Source: Vulcanimicrobiota bacterium (GTDB lineage Bacteria > Vulcanimicrobiota > Vulcanimicrobiia > Vulcanimicrobiales > Vulcanimicrobiaceae). From it: 64,000 nucleotides of DNA. Below, piece after piece: positions 23,242-33,316 of the stretch. The notes beneath the pieces were generated by a model. It ran no database searches, had not been told where the DNA came from, and saw nothing but the letters and a program-made list of their open reading frames with translations. The stretch covers positions 1 to 64,000 of the forward strand of contig CAWAXX010000023.1 in assembly GCA_963786105.1 (NCBI GenBank). Reading direction: 5' to 3'. Both the position numbers and the translations under genes were made by a program. How positions within the stretch are numbered: position 1 is the stretch's first letter; every line of letters starts with the position of its first letter.

Positions 23242-24563
23242 TACGCCGTCGCGGGAATGCGAGCCTCGGAGCCAACGATCGCTTCGAGTTCTTCGATGCG
23301 TCTGGGAATCGCGGCGGTGAGATTTTCGTTTCCCCCGTCGGTAACCAGGATATCGTCTTCGATGCGAATCCCGATCCCTTTGAAGCGTTCGTCGCAATCG
23401 AGATCGCGGTGAACGTAAATGCCCGGCTCGACCGTCGTCACCATGCCCGGACGGAATTTCACCGGCAGGTCGTCGGCGTCGCGATAGGCGCCCGCGTCGT
23501 GGACGTCGAGCCCAAGCCAGTGGCCGGTGCCGTGCATGAAATAATCCCGATACCGCTCCCGCTCGATGTTTTCGTCGAGCGAACCGCTGAGCAGCCCCAA
23601 ATCGATGAGCCCCTCGGTCGTGGTGCGTACGGCCGCGTCGTGGAATTCGTTGCGCGCGATACCTGGCGCGACCCGGTCGATCGCCGCTTGCTGGGCCGCG
23701 AGTACGATCGCGTAGAGCGCTCGCTGCTCGGGAGTGAATCTCCCGTCGATCGGCCACGTCCGGGTGACGTCGCTGGCATAACAGTCGAGCTCGCAACCGG
23801 AATCGATGAGGAGCAACGCGCCGGATTCCAAACGATCGCGATTGGCGACGTAGTGGAGGACGGTGGCGTTGTCGCCGGATGCGACGATCGACTCGTACGC
23901 GGTGCTCTGCGCTCCGCCACGACGATATTCGCTTTCGAGAATGGCCTGAATCTCATACTCGTAAATTCCGGGAAGGGTATGGCGCATGGCGGCGACGTGG
24001 CCGGCGCGAGTGATGGCTGCGCCGCGGCGCAGGATGGCAATTTCATCTTCGGCTTTTATCGCGCGCATTTCATCGAGAACGAGGGACGGCTCGACGAACG
24101 TTTGAGGCGTCCGGCCGTGCCGGCGGGTCCGAACGCGCGCCGTTTCCAAGGCTTCGCGCACGATGCGATCGGTCTCGGCATCGCCGGCGAACGCGTAGTG
24201 AAGACTGGCGGCGCCGACGAGATAGTCAGGCAGCCGCGCAGCCAGTTCGTCGATCGGGTAGGCGCCATCGACGCCCAGCGTTTCGCGAGCACCCTCGGGC
24301 CCCAATCGCTTGCCGTTCCAGATTTCTTGCGCACGATCGCGTTTGCGCAGGAACAGTACGCTGCGCTCGTCGTCGCGCTCGGGTGCCAAGACGAGCAGCG
24401 CGTCGGGCTCGTCGAACCCCGTTAAGTAATGGAAATCCGAGTTCTGCCGGAAGGTGTATGAAGAGTCGCCGTTACGATACGTGGTTCGCGCGGACGGAAT
24501 GAGTGCGATGCCTCCGGCAAACGCCTGCAGCGCGCGAGCTCGCCGCTCTACAAAAGTATCCAT
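23241..24563 (-). CDS. pepP: Xaa-Pro aminopeptidase
   Basis: FRQNSDFHYLTG, LHY, DSG, SDVTRT, HGTGHWLGLDVHD, EPGIY, GIRIEDD. Confidence 0.93.
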
Positions 24564-24580
24564 CCTGGAATCCTATCAGG

Positions 24581-25645
24581 CTATATCATTCGAAGCAATG
24601 ACTCGGCCTCGCGCTGGAGGCCTTGCGCGTAGACCTTGGGGTGCGTCAGGTAGAAAAGCGCCATGACGCGTAGCACGAAGCGGTGAGGTACCGGATTCGG
24701 GAGCGACGCGAAACCTTTTAAGGCTTCCCCGGCGAGTTCGCCGACGCGCCGCCGCATATGCTCCTGGCCGGAGTACAGCGCGGCGAAGTTGAGCTCGCCG
24801 TGTTCCCGGTCTTCGGCTTGGTCGATGTACGAGTCGAGCAAGACGTGAAGCGCGGCAACCGACGGGAAATACGCCTCGTAGGTTGCGCAAACGGCTCCGT
24901 CTTGGCCCGCCAGGTGCGCGAACAACGGCGCGTACACTTGAAACTGCGAGCCGGCGGCACAGGCGAATTCGTACCACGAAAGTCCGGCAAATCGTGCGTC
25001 GCTCCGCCGCTCGAACCACTCGATGCAGGCCGCCTCGCGCCGGGCTGCCGGATAATGCTTGAAGGTTTGCATTTCCGCGTAGAGCGTCGCGGCCTCCGAG
25101 AACGCCGCGAGCATCGTGCCGCTCTCGTCGAGCCGTCCCAGCGAGCGCTGCGTGCGAGTCACCAGGCGCGTCAAATAGCCGTTGTCGTCGCCGGAAGGTC
25201 CGAGTGCGTAGTAATCTCGTGGTGTCGCAAACGGGTCAAGCGCATCGGCAATCGCTTGGTGGAGGACCGGATACGCTTCGACCGGCACGTCGGGATGCCG
25301 GTCGCAAAGATTGTCGAGATAGTCGTAGATCGATTCTAAGGGTGCGACGATCTCGACGTACCGGCGGGAAGCAGGCGGCGGTAAGAACGTCGCGAGGATG
25401 CAGGCGCCGGCAACGTGGTAGGCCTTGGTATCGATGCTTCCTAGCGCCTCGTCGCGCAGTCGCGGATCGGGAATCGAGCGCGCAAGTGAGGAGATGCCTT
25501 CGAGTTCGAGCGACGCGTGCGGCACGATTCGCCGCAAAAAGCGCAGCAACGGGATCGGGATTGCCGCGCCGTCGCCGAGCAGGAATCGCAAACGTGCCGG
25601 ACTGGCGAGCACGTGGCGAACGGCCCACGTAATCTCATCGTGCAT
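24581..25645 (-). CDS. DUF2600 / tetraprenyl-beta-curcumene synthase (YtpB)-like terpene cyclase
   Basis: IPDPRLRDEALGSI.TK.YH, YDYLDNLCD, MQTFKH, WYEFACAAGS, YFP...LHVLLDSYIDQAEDR..GELNF. Confidence 0.8.
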   Translation of the reverse strand: MHDEITWAVRHVLASPARLRFLLGDGAAIPIPLLRFLRRIVPHASLELEGISSLARSIPDPRLRDEALGSIDTKAYHVAGACILATFLPPPASRRYVEIVAPLESIYDYLDNLCDRHPDVPVEAYPVLHQAIADALDPFATPRDYYALGPSGDDNGYLTRLVTRTQRSLGRLDESGTMLAAFSEAATLYAEMQTFKHYPAARREAACIEWFERRSDARFAGLSWYEFACAAGSQFQVYAPLFAHLAGQDGAVCATYEAYFPSVAALHVLLDSYIDQAEDREHGELNFAALYSGQEHMRRRVGELAGEALKGFASLPNPVPHRFVLRVMALFYLTHPKVYAQGLQREAESLLRMI

Positions 25646-25670
25646 CAGGTGCGACCTCGCCGAGTCGACG

Positions 25671-25714
25671 GTCCTTCGACTGCGCTCGCTGCGCGAGCTA
25701 CGCTCAGGATGACA
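25671..25714. repeat. REP-like palindromic repeat (GTCCTTCGACTGC-hairpin-CGCTCAGGATGACA)
   Basis: Internal hairpin GCTCGC-tgc-GCGAGC; the same flanking motifs recur at 37686-37749. Confidence 0.7.
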
Positions 25715-25717
25715 TGC

Positions 25718-26938
25718 TCAGATTCCGCCAACGAAACGTCCGGGGTTAAGCGTACGGTTTGGATCGAAGCGCAGCTTTAAGGCGTGCATGCGGTCGATGG
25801 AAGCGGGCACCTGCCCCCAGACGCGCAGGTATTCGCGGTGCGGGTGAGCGCTCGCGATTACCTGAGCCCCGGGCTGAATTTCGTGCAGGCCGTCGTCGAA
25901 GGCCTCAATCTTTGCTCCGAGCGCGTGCATGTCGAGGTCGCTCACTCGTGCGATGACGTCGCCGTTCATCAGATCGACGATCGCCTCGCAACGCAACGCG
26001 AAATGGCGCGCCCGCTCGCTAACCGATCGTGCAATCGCTTCCGAATGTTCGGGAAACGAGAAAATCCTGTAGGTGACCGAGCGTTCGCCGAGCGTCGCGA
26101 CGTAGGCGTCGACCGTGCGCTGAAACGACTCGCGCGCCCCGGCATCGACGATGCGCGTTTCGGGAACGCCGGCGCCGCCGAGTGCCGACCGCAAGTCGCG
26201 GGTTGCGCGCTCCAGCAGGGCGGCGCTGCCTTCGAGAAGGATCAGCACGCGACCGTCGTCGCCCTCGTCGCCGTCAATGGCATGGTCGAATCCGTCGATC
26301 CAGAAGGCGGCCGCCGGTTGGATCTTCAGCGACCCGACGTGCGCGAACGCACGGGCGCGCGTTCCTTCCGGAAGGCGTGCGAGAAAAACGCGCGCGTGCG
26401 GAGGCGCCACGAGCGCTTTCAGATTCGTTCGCACCAAAATTCCAAGCGTTCCGAAGGAACCCACGTAGAGACGGCTCATGTCGTAACCCGCAACGTTCTT
26501 GACCACCATCCCTCCCGCGCGAGCCACCGTTCCGTCGGCCAATACCACGGTCGTGCCGATGACGTAGTCGCGCGGCCGCCCGTAAAGATGACGGCGGGGG
26601 CCGAGCCAACCGGCCGAAAGCGTCCCGCCGATCGTCGCGTACTGCGGGCGCGGCGCGTCGAACGGGACGAACTGTCCGTGGACGGCCAGCGATGCGGCAA
26701 CGGTTTGAATCGGCGTTCCGCATAGGACCGCCAGCGTCAGGTCCGCGGGCTCGTAGGACGCTATGCCCGCGAGGCCGCCGGTTTCGATTGTGAGATCGGC
26801 GCGCTCGGGGGGAAACCCCATGCCCGACAGCGTGTTACCGCCGACGATCAGGACTTTGCGACCGTCCGCATCGCAGCGTGCAACCACATCGCTCAGATTC
26901 GCGATGCTTTTCGGAGTGGCGCGTTCGGTGGCATTCAT
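25718..26938 (-). CDS. glcE: Glycolate oxidase FAD-binding subunit GlcE-like
   Basis: YEPADLT, ATIGG, GGMVVKNVAGYDM, GSFGTLG, FDPNRTLNPGR. Confidence 0.82.
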   Translation of the reverse strand: MNATERATPKSIANLSDVVARCDADGRKVLIVGGNTLSGMGFPPERADLTIETGGLAGIASYEPADLTLAVLCGTPIQTVAASLAVHGQFVPFDAPRPQYATIGGTLSAGWLGPRRHLYGRPRDYVIGTTVVLADGTVARAGGMVVKNVAGYDMSRLYVGSFGTLGILVRTNLKALVAPPHARVFLARLPEGTRARAFAHVGSLKIQPAAAFWIDGFDHAIDGDEGDDGRVLILLEGSAALLERATRDLRSALGGAGVPETRIVDAGARESFQRTVDAYVATLGERSVTYRIFSFPEHSEAIARSVSERARHFALRCEAIVDLMNGDVIARVSDLDMHALGAKIEAFDDGLHEIQPGAQVIASAHPHREYLRVWGQVPASIDRMHALKLRFDPNRTLNPGRFVGGI

Positions 26939-28356
26939 GCGGTTTCGACGGGGGGATCTGCCGGCGGTGCAACTTCGGGGCAGCGCGTTCCGCTCGGAAA
27001 GATTTTTTCCGGATTGAGAACTCGCATCGGATCGAACACGTCACGAACGCGCGCCATGGTTGCCAGGTCGGCTGTGGAGTACACGCGGGTCATGGCATCG
27101 CGCTTTTCGAAACCGATTCCGTGCTCGCCGCTGATCGTTCCGCCGAGGTCGATTGCCGCCTGGAGAATCGCGTTCCCGCTTTCAACGACGGCAGCCACCT
27201 GCTTGAGATCGCGCTTGTCGTACATGAGCAGTGGGTGAAGATTCCCATCGCCGGCGTGAAAGACGTTGCCGACGGTGATGCCGTGAGCGGCCGTTGCTGC
27301 GTCGACCGCGCGCAACGCTTGCGGTAGTTTGCTGCGCGGAACGCACACGTCTTGCGTGTAGTAGTTGGGAGCGATGCGCCCGGTCGCGCCGGCGGCGCCT
27401 TTGCGCCCCGCCCACAACGCGTCACGTTCGGCAGCGTTGGCGGCGCTTCGCCACGAGATCGCGCCGTGGCTCCTAGCGATCGCTTCGATTGCGGCCTCGC
27501 ACGCATCCATGTCGTCGGCGAATCCGGCGTTCTCGATCAATAGCACAGCCGCAGCGTCCGTGGGATACCCGGCATGAAAGGCCGACTCGACGGCGCGCGC
27601 GATGACGGCATCCATCATTTCCAGGGCGGTCGGGATTATGCCGGCGGCTACGATGGCGGAGACGGCCGCCGATGCGGAATCGACGTCGCCGAACGCCGCG
27701 AGCCAAACGCGCACCGTTTCGGGAGTCTGGAGTAAGCGCACCCACGCGGAGGTGACGATCCCTAGCGTTCCTTCGCTGCCAACCAGGGCGGCCGTTAGGT
27801 CGTACCCCGGGCCGTCGACGTCCGTCGCGAATACCTCGCCGCGCTCGTCAACGACTTCCAGACCGAGAACGTGGTTCACCGTCGTGCCATAGGACAGGCA
27901 ATGCGGACCACCGGCGTTGGTCGCGATATTTCCGCCGATCGTCGAAATCTTTTGCGACGAGGGGTCGGGAGCGAAGAAGAGTCCGCTGGGAGCTGCGTAT
28001 TTCGACACGTCGAGGTTGATGACACCGGATTGAACGCGCGCACGCCGGTTGCGGACGTCGAGCTCGAGAATTCGGTTCATCCGCGCAAACGAAATCACGA
28101 TCCCGCCTTCGACCGGTACGGCCCCGCCGCAAAGTCCGGTTCCCGCACCGCGCGGAACGATCGGCTCTGCGCACGCGCGCGCGATTTTCACCACCGCGCT
28201 GACGTCGCGCGCGTTCGATGGCAGCACGACCGCGGACGGTAGCTTCCCGTCGGTATAGGCGTCGAAAGCATACACCGAAAGGTCCTCGATGGCGGTTTTC
28301 ACCGCGTCGCTTCCGAGAGCATCGATCAGCCGTTGCTTTAGCGTGAGTGTGGACAT
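26935..28356 (-). CDS. glcD: Glycolate oxidase subunit GlcD-like FAD-linked oxidase
   Basis: PRGAGTGL, PDPSSQ, TNAGGPHCL.YG.T, GSEGTLG, HAGDGNLHP, GEHGIG. Confidence 0.9.
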   Translation of the reverse strand: MSTLTLKQRLIDALGSDAVKTAIEDLSVYAFDAYTDGKLPSAVVLPSNARDVSAVVKIARACAEPIVPRGAGTGLCGGAVPVEGGIVISFARMNRILELDVRNRRARVQSGVINLDVSKYAAPSGLFFAPDPSSQKISTIGGNIATNAGGPHCLSYGTTVNHVLGLEVVDERGEVFATDVDGPGYDLTAALVGSEGTLGIVTSAWVRLLQTPETVRVWLAAFGDVDSASAAVSAIVAAGIIPTALEMMDAVIARAVESAFHAGYPTDAAAVLLIENAGFADDMDACEAAIEAIARSHGAISWRSAANAAERDALWAGRKGAAGATGRIAPNYYTQDVCVPRSKLPQALRAVDAATAAHGITVGNVFHAGDGNLHPLLMYDKRDLKQVAAVVESGNAILQAAIDLGGTISGEHGIGFEKRDAMTRVYSTADLATMARVRDVFDPMRVLNPEKIFPSGTRCPEVAPPADPPVETA

Positions 28357-28357
28357 T

Positions 28358-29581
28358 CTAGTACAACAAATACTTCGAGCGAAGCACGCGGAAGTCGGCG
28401 AGGCGTTGGCTCCAGCCCGCGACGATGGCGTCAGCCGGTAATCCGTCGAGAATCCCGCGGCGAAGCGTGGACGTACCCCAATCGCGGTCCAGCGCCTCGC
28501 CCTTGATATCAAGAACCTTCGGAAAGAGCGTTCGAATCGCAACCAGAATTTCGACGGCAGTGCGAACCGGCACGAAGCGGCGGGGGGCGAATACCGCGAG
28601 CTCGACGCCGCCGAGCTCGCGGTCCTTCCAAAAACCGGCGATCGGTGCCCAGGCTGCCGGTCGAAACCACACGCCCGGGAGATTGCGCGCGTTCAGAAAG
28701 GCCGCTAGGCGGCCGCCGTCGACGCCGGCCATTCCGGCCAAGAAGAAAGGCTTCGTGTACCCGGTCCCATTGTTGATTCCGGCATTGTCGATCAAGCCGG
28801 TGCAGAGATAGACGAACGTGGTGAGCCAGTCGGGTATGTTGGGAGAGGTTTGCACCCATTGCAATCCGGTGTCAGACCAGATCATCGACCGTCGCCAGCC
28901 GTTCATCGCCACGACTCGAAGTTTCGCGCCGATAGCGAAGCGCTCGTTGAAAAGCCGCGCGAGCTCGCCGACCGTCATGCCGTGGCGCATGGCGATCGGA
29001 TAGAGGCCGATAAACGACTCGAACGCCGGCTCGAGCACTGGTCCCTCGACGACGTCACCGCCGACGGGATTGGGCCGATCGAGCACCCAAAATTCCTTGC
29101 CGAACGTTTTCGCGCTTTGCATCGCGTAGGCCATCGTCGAGACGTACGTGTACGCGCGCGAACCGACATCCTGTATGTCGAACAGCAAAACGTCGATCCC
29201 ACCAAGCATCTGCTCGCTCGGATGGCGTGACGCCCCGTAGAGGCTGTACACGGGTAATCCCGATTGCGGATCGACGTACGAGCCCACTGGCGCGCCGGCC
29301 GGGCGATCGCCGCGCAAACCGTGTTCCGGGGCGAAGATCGCTTTCACGCGCACGTTTCCCTGATGCCGAATCGCGTCGACGATCGATTCCAAACGCGATG
29401 TGACGCCGGACTGATTAGCGATAATGCCGACGCTCCGCGCGCCGAGATCGCGCCAGGTCACGCGCAAGAAGACCTCGTCGCCCAGCTCGATAGCGGGGCG
29501 GGGGAGTTGCTCGGCCGGCGCACGCAGCGCGCCGATTGCGGCCGTGGCGGCGGCCGAAGCGACGAACGAACTACGCCGCAC
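28358..29581 (-). CDS. namZ: DUF1343 / exo-beta-N-acetylmuramidase NamZ family, Tat signal
   Basis: MRRSSF Tat-like signal; NQSG, APEHG, SLYG, DIQDVG.R.YTY, LDRPNP, RHGMT.GELA, TSPN. Confidence 0.87.
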   Translation of the reverse strand: MRRSSFVASAAATAAIGALRAPAEQLPRPAIELGDEVFLRVTWRDLGARSVGIIANQSGVTSRLESIVDAIRHQGNVRVKAIFAPEHGLRGDRPAGAPVGSYVDPQSGLPVYSLYGASRHPSEQMLGGIDVLLFDIQDVGSRAYTYVSTMAYAMQSAKTFGKEFWVLDRPNPVGGDVVEGPVLEPAFESFIGLYPIAMRHGMTVGELARLFNERFAIGAKLRVVAMNGWRRSMIWSDTGLQWVQTSPNIPDWLTTFVYLCTGLIDNAGINNGTGYTKPFFLAGMAGVDGGRLAAFLNARNLPGVWFRPAAWAPIAGFWKDRELGGVELAVFAPRRFVPVRTAVEILVAIRTLFPKVLDIKGEALDRDWGTSTLRRGILDGLPADAIVAGWSQRLADFRVLRSKYLLY

Positions 29582-29596
29582 GATGCCCGATTCTTC

Positions 29597-30430
29597 CTAC
29601 ACGAAATGCGGCTCGGCCATGCGGCCGACGATTCCCGCATCCCGTGCTCGAGCGAATAGGGCGTGGGCGGCTTCGATTCCGACGTCGCCGAGATCGTCGG
29701 TGAACTCGTTAACGTAGAGGGCGATGTGTTGCCGGGCGACGTCGTCGCTCATCTCGAACGCGTGATCGCGAACGTATGGCATAACGTCAGCCTCGTTCGC
29801 GCGCGCGAACGCGAGGCTTCTGCGAATGGCGTTGCCGACGGACCGGGCGGTCGCGTCATCGACGTCGTTTCGCACGAGAATGGCCCCGAGCGGAACCGGA
29901 AGAAGCGTCATGTTTTCCCACCATTCGCCGAGATCGGCAATGGCGATCAATCCCGCGTCGCGGTACGTAAAGCGCGATTCGTGAATGATGAGCCCGGCGT
30001 CGACCCGGCCTTGCGCGACTTCTGAAACGATGCGGTCGAAGCGTATCTGCACCGTTCTCGGCCGCCGTCCCAGCGCCATCTGCAGCAGGACGAACGCGGT
30101 CGTACGCTCTCCCGGGATGGCGATTTTTCGCCCGGCGAACTCGGCGAAAAGCGACGGCGATCCGGCCGGACGTGCAACCAGCAGCGGCCCACAGCCGCGT
30201 CCCATCGCTCCGCCCGATCGAAGAATGCGGTAGCGTTGCGTTAGATGAGGAACGGCACCATAGCTCACTTTGATGAGTTCGAACTCGCCGCGCGCGGCGG
30301 CAGCATTGAGCTCTTCGATATCGGCCAAGTGCACGCGCACTTCGGGCGCTTCGTCGAGCAAGCCATTGGCCAATGCAGCGAAGACGTACGTGTCGTTCGG
30401 ACACGGCGAGTAGGCTAGCGTCAAACTCAT
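29597..30430 (-). CDS. mqnD: 1,4-dihydroxy-6-naphthoate synthase
   Basis: AYSPCPNDT, GGAMGRGCGPL, IIHESRFTY, DLGEWW, HIALYVNEF. Confidence 0.93.
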   Translation of the reverse strand: MSLTLAYSPCPNDTYVFAALANGLLDEAPEVRVHLADIEELNAAAARGEFELIKVSYGAVPHLTQRYRILRSGGAMGRGCGPLLVARPAGSPSLFAEFAGRKIAIPGERTTAFVLLQMALGRRPRTVQIRFDRIVSEVAQGRVDAGLIIHESRFTYRDAGLIAIADLGEWWENMTLLPVPLGAILVRNDVDDATARSVGNAIRRSLAFARANEADVMPYVRDHAFEMSDDVARQHIALYVNEFTDDLGDVGIEAAHALFARARDAGIVGRMAEPHFV

Positions 30431-31053
30431 GCCGACTGGCTGCCGGTGGCGTCGACGATCTCGAACAGCGCCTGAGCGACGCGCGCTAGGCCCGAGAGCC
30501 CGGCGTCGAAATTCCAGCCGCTGCGTTCGCGGCTACCGACGCGGTTGGAGATGCCACGCAGTTCGATCGCCCGGACCCCAGCGCGCTCGCACGCACGCAG
30601 CACCGCAAAGCCTTCCATCGATTCGACCTGTGCGCCGAAACCGGCAAGCCGCCCGGCCGTCTCTTCGCTCGACGTTACTCGCGAGACCGTGACGCCGCGC
30701 AACGAGGTGAAGCCGCGCGCTTGCAACCGCTCGACCAGGGCGGAATCCGAGTGCGCTCTGTCCACGACCGTTTGGCCGCCGGGAAGCGAAATCTGCCGGC
30801 CGTTTTCCAGCGAAAGCTCGAAGGTCTCCTCGCCGACGATTACGCCGTCGCCCACCAGCGCAGCACCGTCGAATCCGCCGCCGATGCCCGCGTTGACGAC
30901 GAGGCGATAACGCCGCCGCGCGAGCGCGCGTGCCACGGCCGACGCTGCCTCGACCGGACCGACGCCGGTAACGACGGTCTCCACTCCATACCGGCGCGCC
31001 CAGCCTCCTACTTCGCGATCGACGGCGCAGGCTACCAAGATGTCTTTCATCAC
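30427..31053 (-). CDS. mqnB: Futalosine hydrolase
   Basis: GVGPV, NAGIGG, TVS, ESMEG, ISNRVG..W; adjacent to mqnD. Confidence 0.88.
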   Translation of the reverse strand: MMKDILVACAVDREVGGWARRYGVETVVTGVGPVEAASAVARALARRRYRLVVNAGIGGGFDGAALVGDGVIVGEETFELSLENGRQISLPGGQTVVDRAHSDSALVERLQARGFTSLRGVTVSRVTSSEETAGRLAGFGAQVESMEGFAVLRACERAGVRAIELRGISNRVGSRERSGWNFDAGLSGLARVAQALFEIVDATGSQSA

Positions 31054-31624
31054 GGCACGCCGATGAATTTGTGCGTTTGCAGGGATAGGCGAAAACGGTG
31101 CGGATGGGCTTTCGCGTACTCGAGTGCGACGGTGACGTTCGACGGCTTGTTCCCCTCCGGCTGCAACAAAATGACGGATTTATCGGCAAATTGCGACAGA
31201 TGTTCCTCGGGAACGCGTCCGTCGACGATTAGCTTCGCTTCGTCGGCACGGGCGGCCATTCGCGGGTCGACGCGCTCCTTCGGCGAGACGCAGAGCCACA
31301 CGTCGTCCGGCAGCGGCACGTAGATCGTGCCGTTGGATTCGACGTGAACGCGTCGTCCATCGCGGCGTAAGGCGTCGATCAGCGCGGGCGTTTCGGTTTG
31401 GGCAAAAGGCTCGCCGCCGGTAAGGATAACGGCAGGACAGTCGCCGCCGGCGGCGCGCACATCTGTACCACCTCGTCGACGGCGGCGAACGATTTCGTCG
31501 AATAATCGGTATCGCAAAAATCACACGCGAGATTGCAGCCGGCCAATCGCACGAAGACCGCCGGCATTCCCGTCCAAGTGCCCTCGCCCTGGATGCTGTA
31601 AAAGACTTCGGCCATCGCTAGCAT
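31050..31624 (-). CDS. queE: 7-carboxy-7-deazaguanine synthase (radical SAM), frameshift near 31465
   Basis: [44 protein letters not shown]. Confidence 0.9.
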
Positions 31625-32012
31625 GGGCGCTAGCTTTCGACGCGGCTGGGTGAAAGTCCGACGAGCGCAGCACGGCGCACGCGTTGGGCGTTTCCCAGAG
31701 TACGAGTTCGTCCAAGCCGCTCAAGGCCGGCTCCAAACGCTCCCATAGCCATAAGACGATGCGCTCGGCGGTGGGGTTGTCGATGTAGTCGTTGAGGCTT
31801 TGATGGTCGAGAAGGTCGATCGCGATGCCGTTCACGACGCGGTCGATATCGTCGAAGTCAACGATCATTCCGCGTGCCGGGCCGTCGGCTTGAATCGGGC
31901 CTCGAACGGCGACCTCAAGCCGATACGAATGCCCGTGCACTCGCGCGCATTTTCCTAGATGAAACGGCAGTGCATGGGCGGATTCAAACGAAAAATGCTT
32001 CCGAATTTGCAA
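31521..32012 (-). CDS. queD: 6-carboxytetrahydropterin synthase
   Basis: [31 protein letters not shown]; the 3' end may be over-extended. Confidence 0.9.
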   Translation of the reverse strand: MQIRKHFSFESAHALPFHLGKCARVHGHSYRLEVAVRGPIQADGPARGMIVDFDDIDRVVNGIAIDLLDHQSLNDYIDNPTAERIVLWLWERLEPALSGLDELVLWETPNACAVLRSSDFHPAASKASAHASDGRSLLQHPGRGHLDGNAGGLRAIGRLQSRV

Positions 32013-32030
32013 ATGTTAGGGATTCTCTCG

Positions 32031-33308
32031 CTATAGGGCGCCTTCGGGGCCCATGCCTTCCAGGCGCTTTTTCAGGTCGGCGAGGAACCCGCTGGCAACG
32101 TAACCGTCGACAACGCGATGGTCGAGCGACAGGCACGAGTTCATCATGTGCCGGATGGCGATCGCGTCGTCGTCGCGGACGATAGGTTGCTTGACGATCG
32201 TCTCCATCGTGAGAATCCCCGCCTGACCGGCATTGATGATCGGCGCCGATGCCCACGAGCCGTTGGCGCCGTTGTTGTTGACCGTAAACGTACCGCCGGC
32301 CAAATCGTCGACGCCAAGCTTGTTCTTGCGCGCTCGATCGATCAGCTCGCCGGCGGCGATGGCCAACCCGCGAATCGACAGCAGATCGGCGTGCTTGATC
32401 ACCGGAACGACGAGGTTGGTGGCCAAACCGATGGCTATACCGACGTTGACGTCCTTGTTGACGTAGATCCCCTCGGACGTGAACTTTGCGTTCATCAACG
32501 GGAAGGCTGCCAGCGATTCGATGGCGGCGCGCATGAAGAACGGCAACAACGTCAGCTTGTAACCGGTCTCTCGCTCGAAGCGATCCTTCTCGCGCGTACG
32601 CCATTTCCACACGTTGGTCACGTCGATCTGGACCATCGACCACGCGTGCGGAGCCGCGTGCTTGCTCTCGACCATACGCTCGGCGATGATGCGGCGCGCT
32701 TGCGTGAGCGGGATCGTCATGCCCGGAATCGGCTTACCGTAGCTCGGTACGCCGGTCGCGGGTACGGCAGCCGGCATTGCGGGTACGGGCGCGGCCGTCG
32801 CCCCGCTGGTCGCCGCGAGAACGTCCTGTGCGGTGACTCGTCCGTTCGCGCCGCTTCCTTTCAGAGTGCGAATGTCGATGCGATGCTCGCGTGCCAAGCG
32901 GCGTACCGCCGGAGACGCCGCGCGCAACGCGGTTTCGGTGTCGCCCGGAAGCGGGCTTGCGGCTCCGCTGCCGTTCGTCGACGGCGTCTGCGCCGGGTTG
33001 GCCGATGCGACCGGCGGCGGAGCGGATTGCGGGGCCGACTCGGCGGGGGCGGGCGCGGCGGCGGCGGCGCCCACTTCGTCGATGACCGCGATCGGCGTTC
33101 CGGTTGCGACGGTTTCGCCTTCCTTCACCAGCACTTCGCGGATCGTTCCGGTAACCGGCGATGGAACTTCGGCGTTGACTTTGTCGGTCGAAACCTCGAC
33201 GAAGGCTTCGTACTTCTCGACCGAGTCGCCGATCTTCTTGAGCCACTGCGCGACGGTTCCCTCGGTGACGGTCTCACCGAGCTGCGGCATCGTAATCGTG
33301 GTAGCCAT
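32031..33308 (-). CDS. 2-oxoacid dehydrogenase E2 (dihydrolipoamide acyltransferase)
   Basis: Lipoyl domain STDKV, E3-binding SPAVRRLA..GSG.NGRV, catalytic DHRVVDG. Confidence 0.93.
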   Translation of the reverse strand: MATTITMPQLGETVTEGTVAQWLKKIGDSVEKYEAFVEVSTDKVNAEVPSPVTGTIREVLVKEGETVATGTPIAVIDEVGAAAAAPAPAESAPQSAPPPVASANPAQTPSTNGSGAASPLPGDTETALRAASPAVRRLAREHRIDIRTLKGSGANGRVTAQDVLAATSGATAAPVPAMPAAVPATGVPSYGKPIPGMTIPLTQARRIIAERMVESKHAAPHAWSMVQIDVTNVWKWRTREKDRFERETGYKLTLLPFFMRAAIESLAAFPLMNAKFTSEGIYVNKDVNVGIAIGLATNLVVPVIKHADLLSIRGLAIAAGELIDRARKNKLGVDDLAGGTFTVNNNGANGSWASAPIINAGQAGILTMETIVKQPIVRDDDAIAIRHMMNSCLSLDHRVVDGYVASGFLADLKKRLEGMGPEGAL

Positions 33309-33316
33309 GATTCGTT

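Noticed and set aside
31050..32012. queD/queE as a 7-deazaguanine DNA-modification (dpd) defence island
   Set aside because: No dpdA/tgt-like, helicase or nuclease genes adjacent; the context is core metabolism
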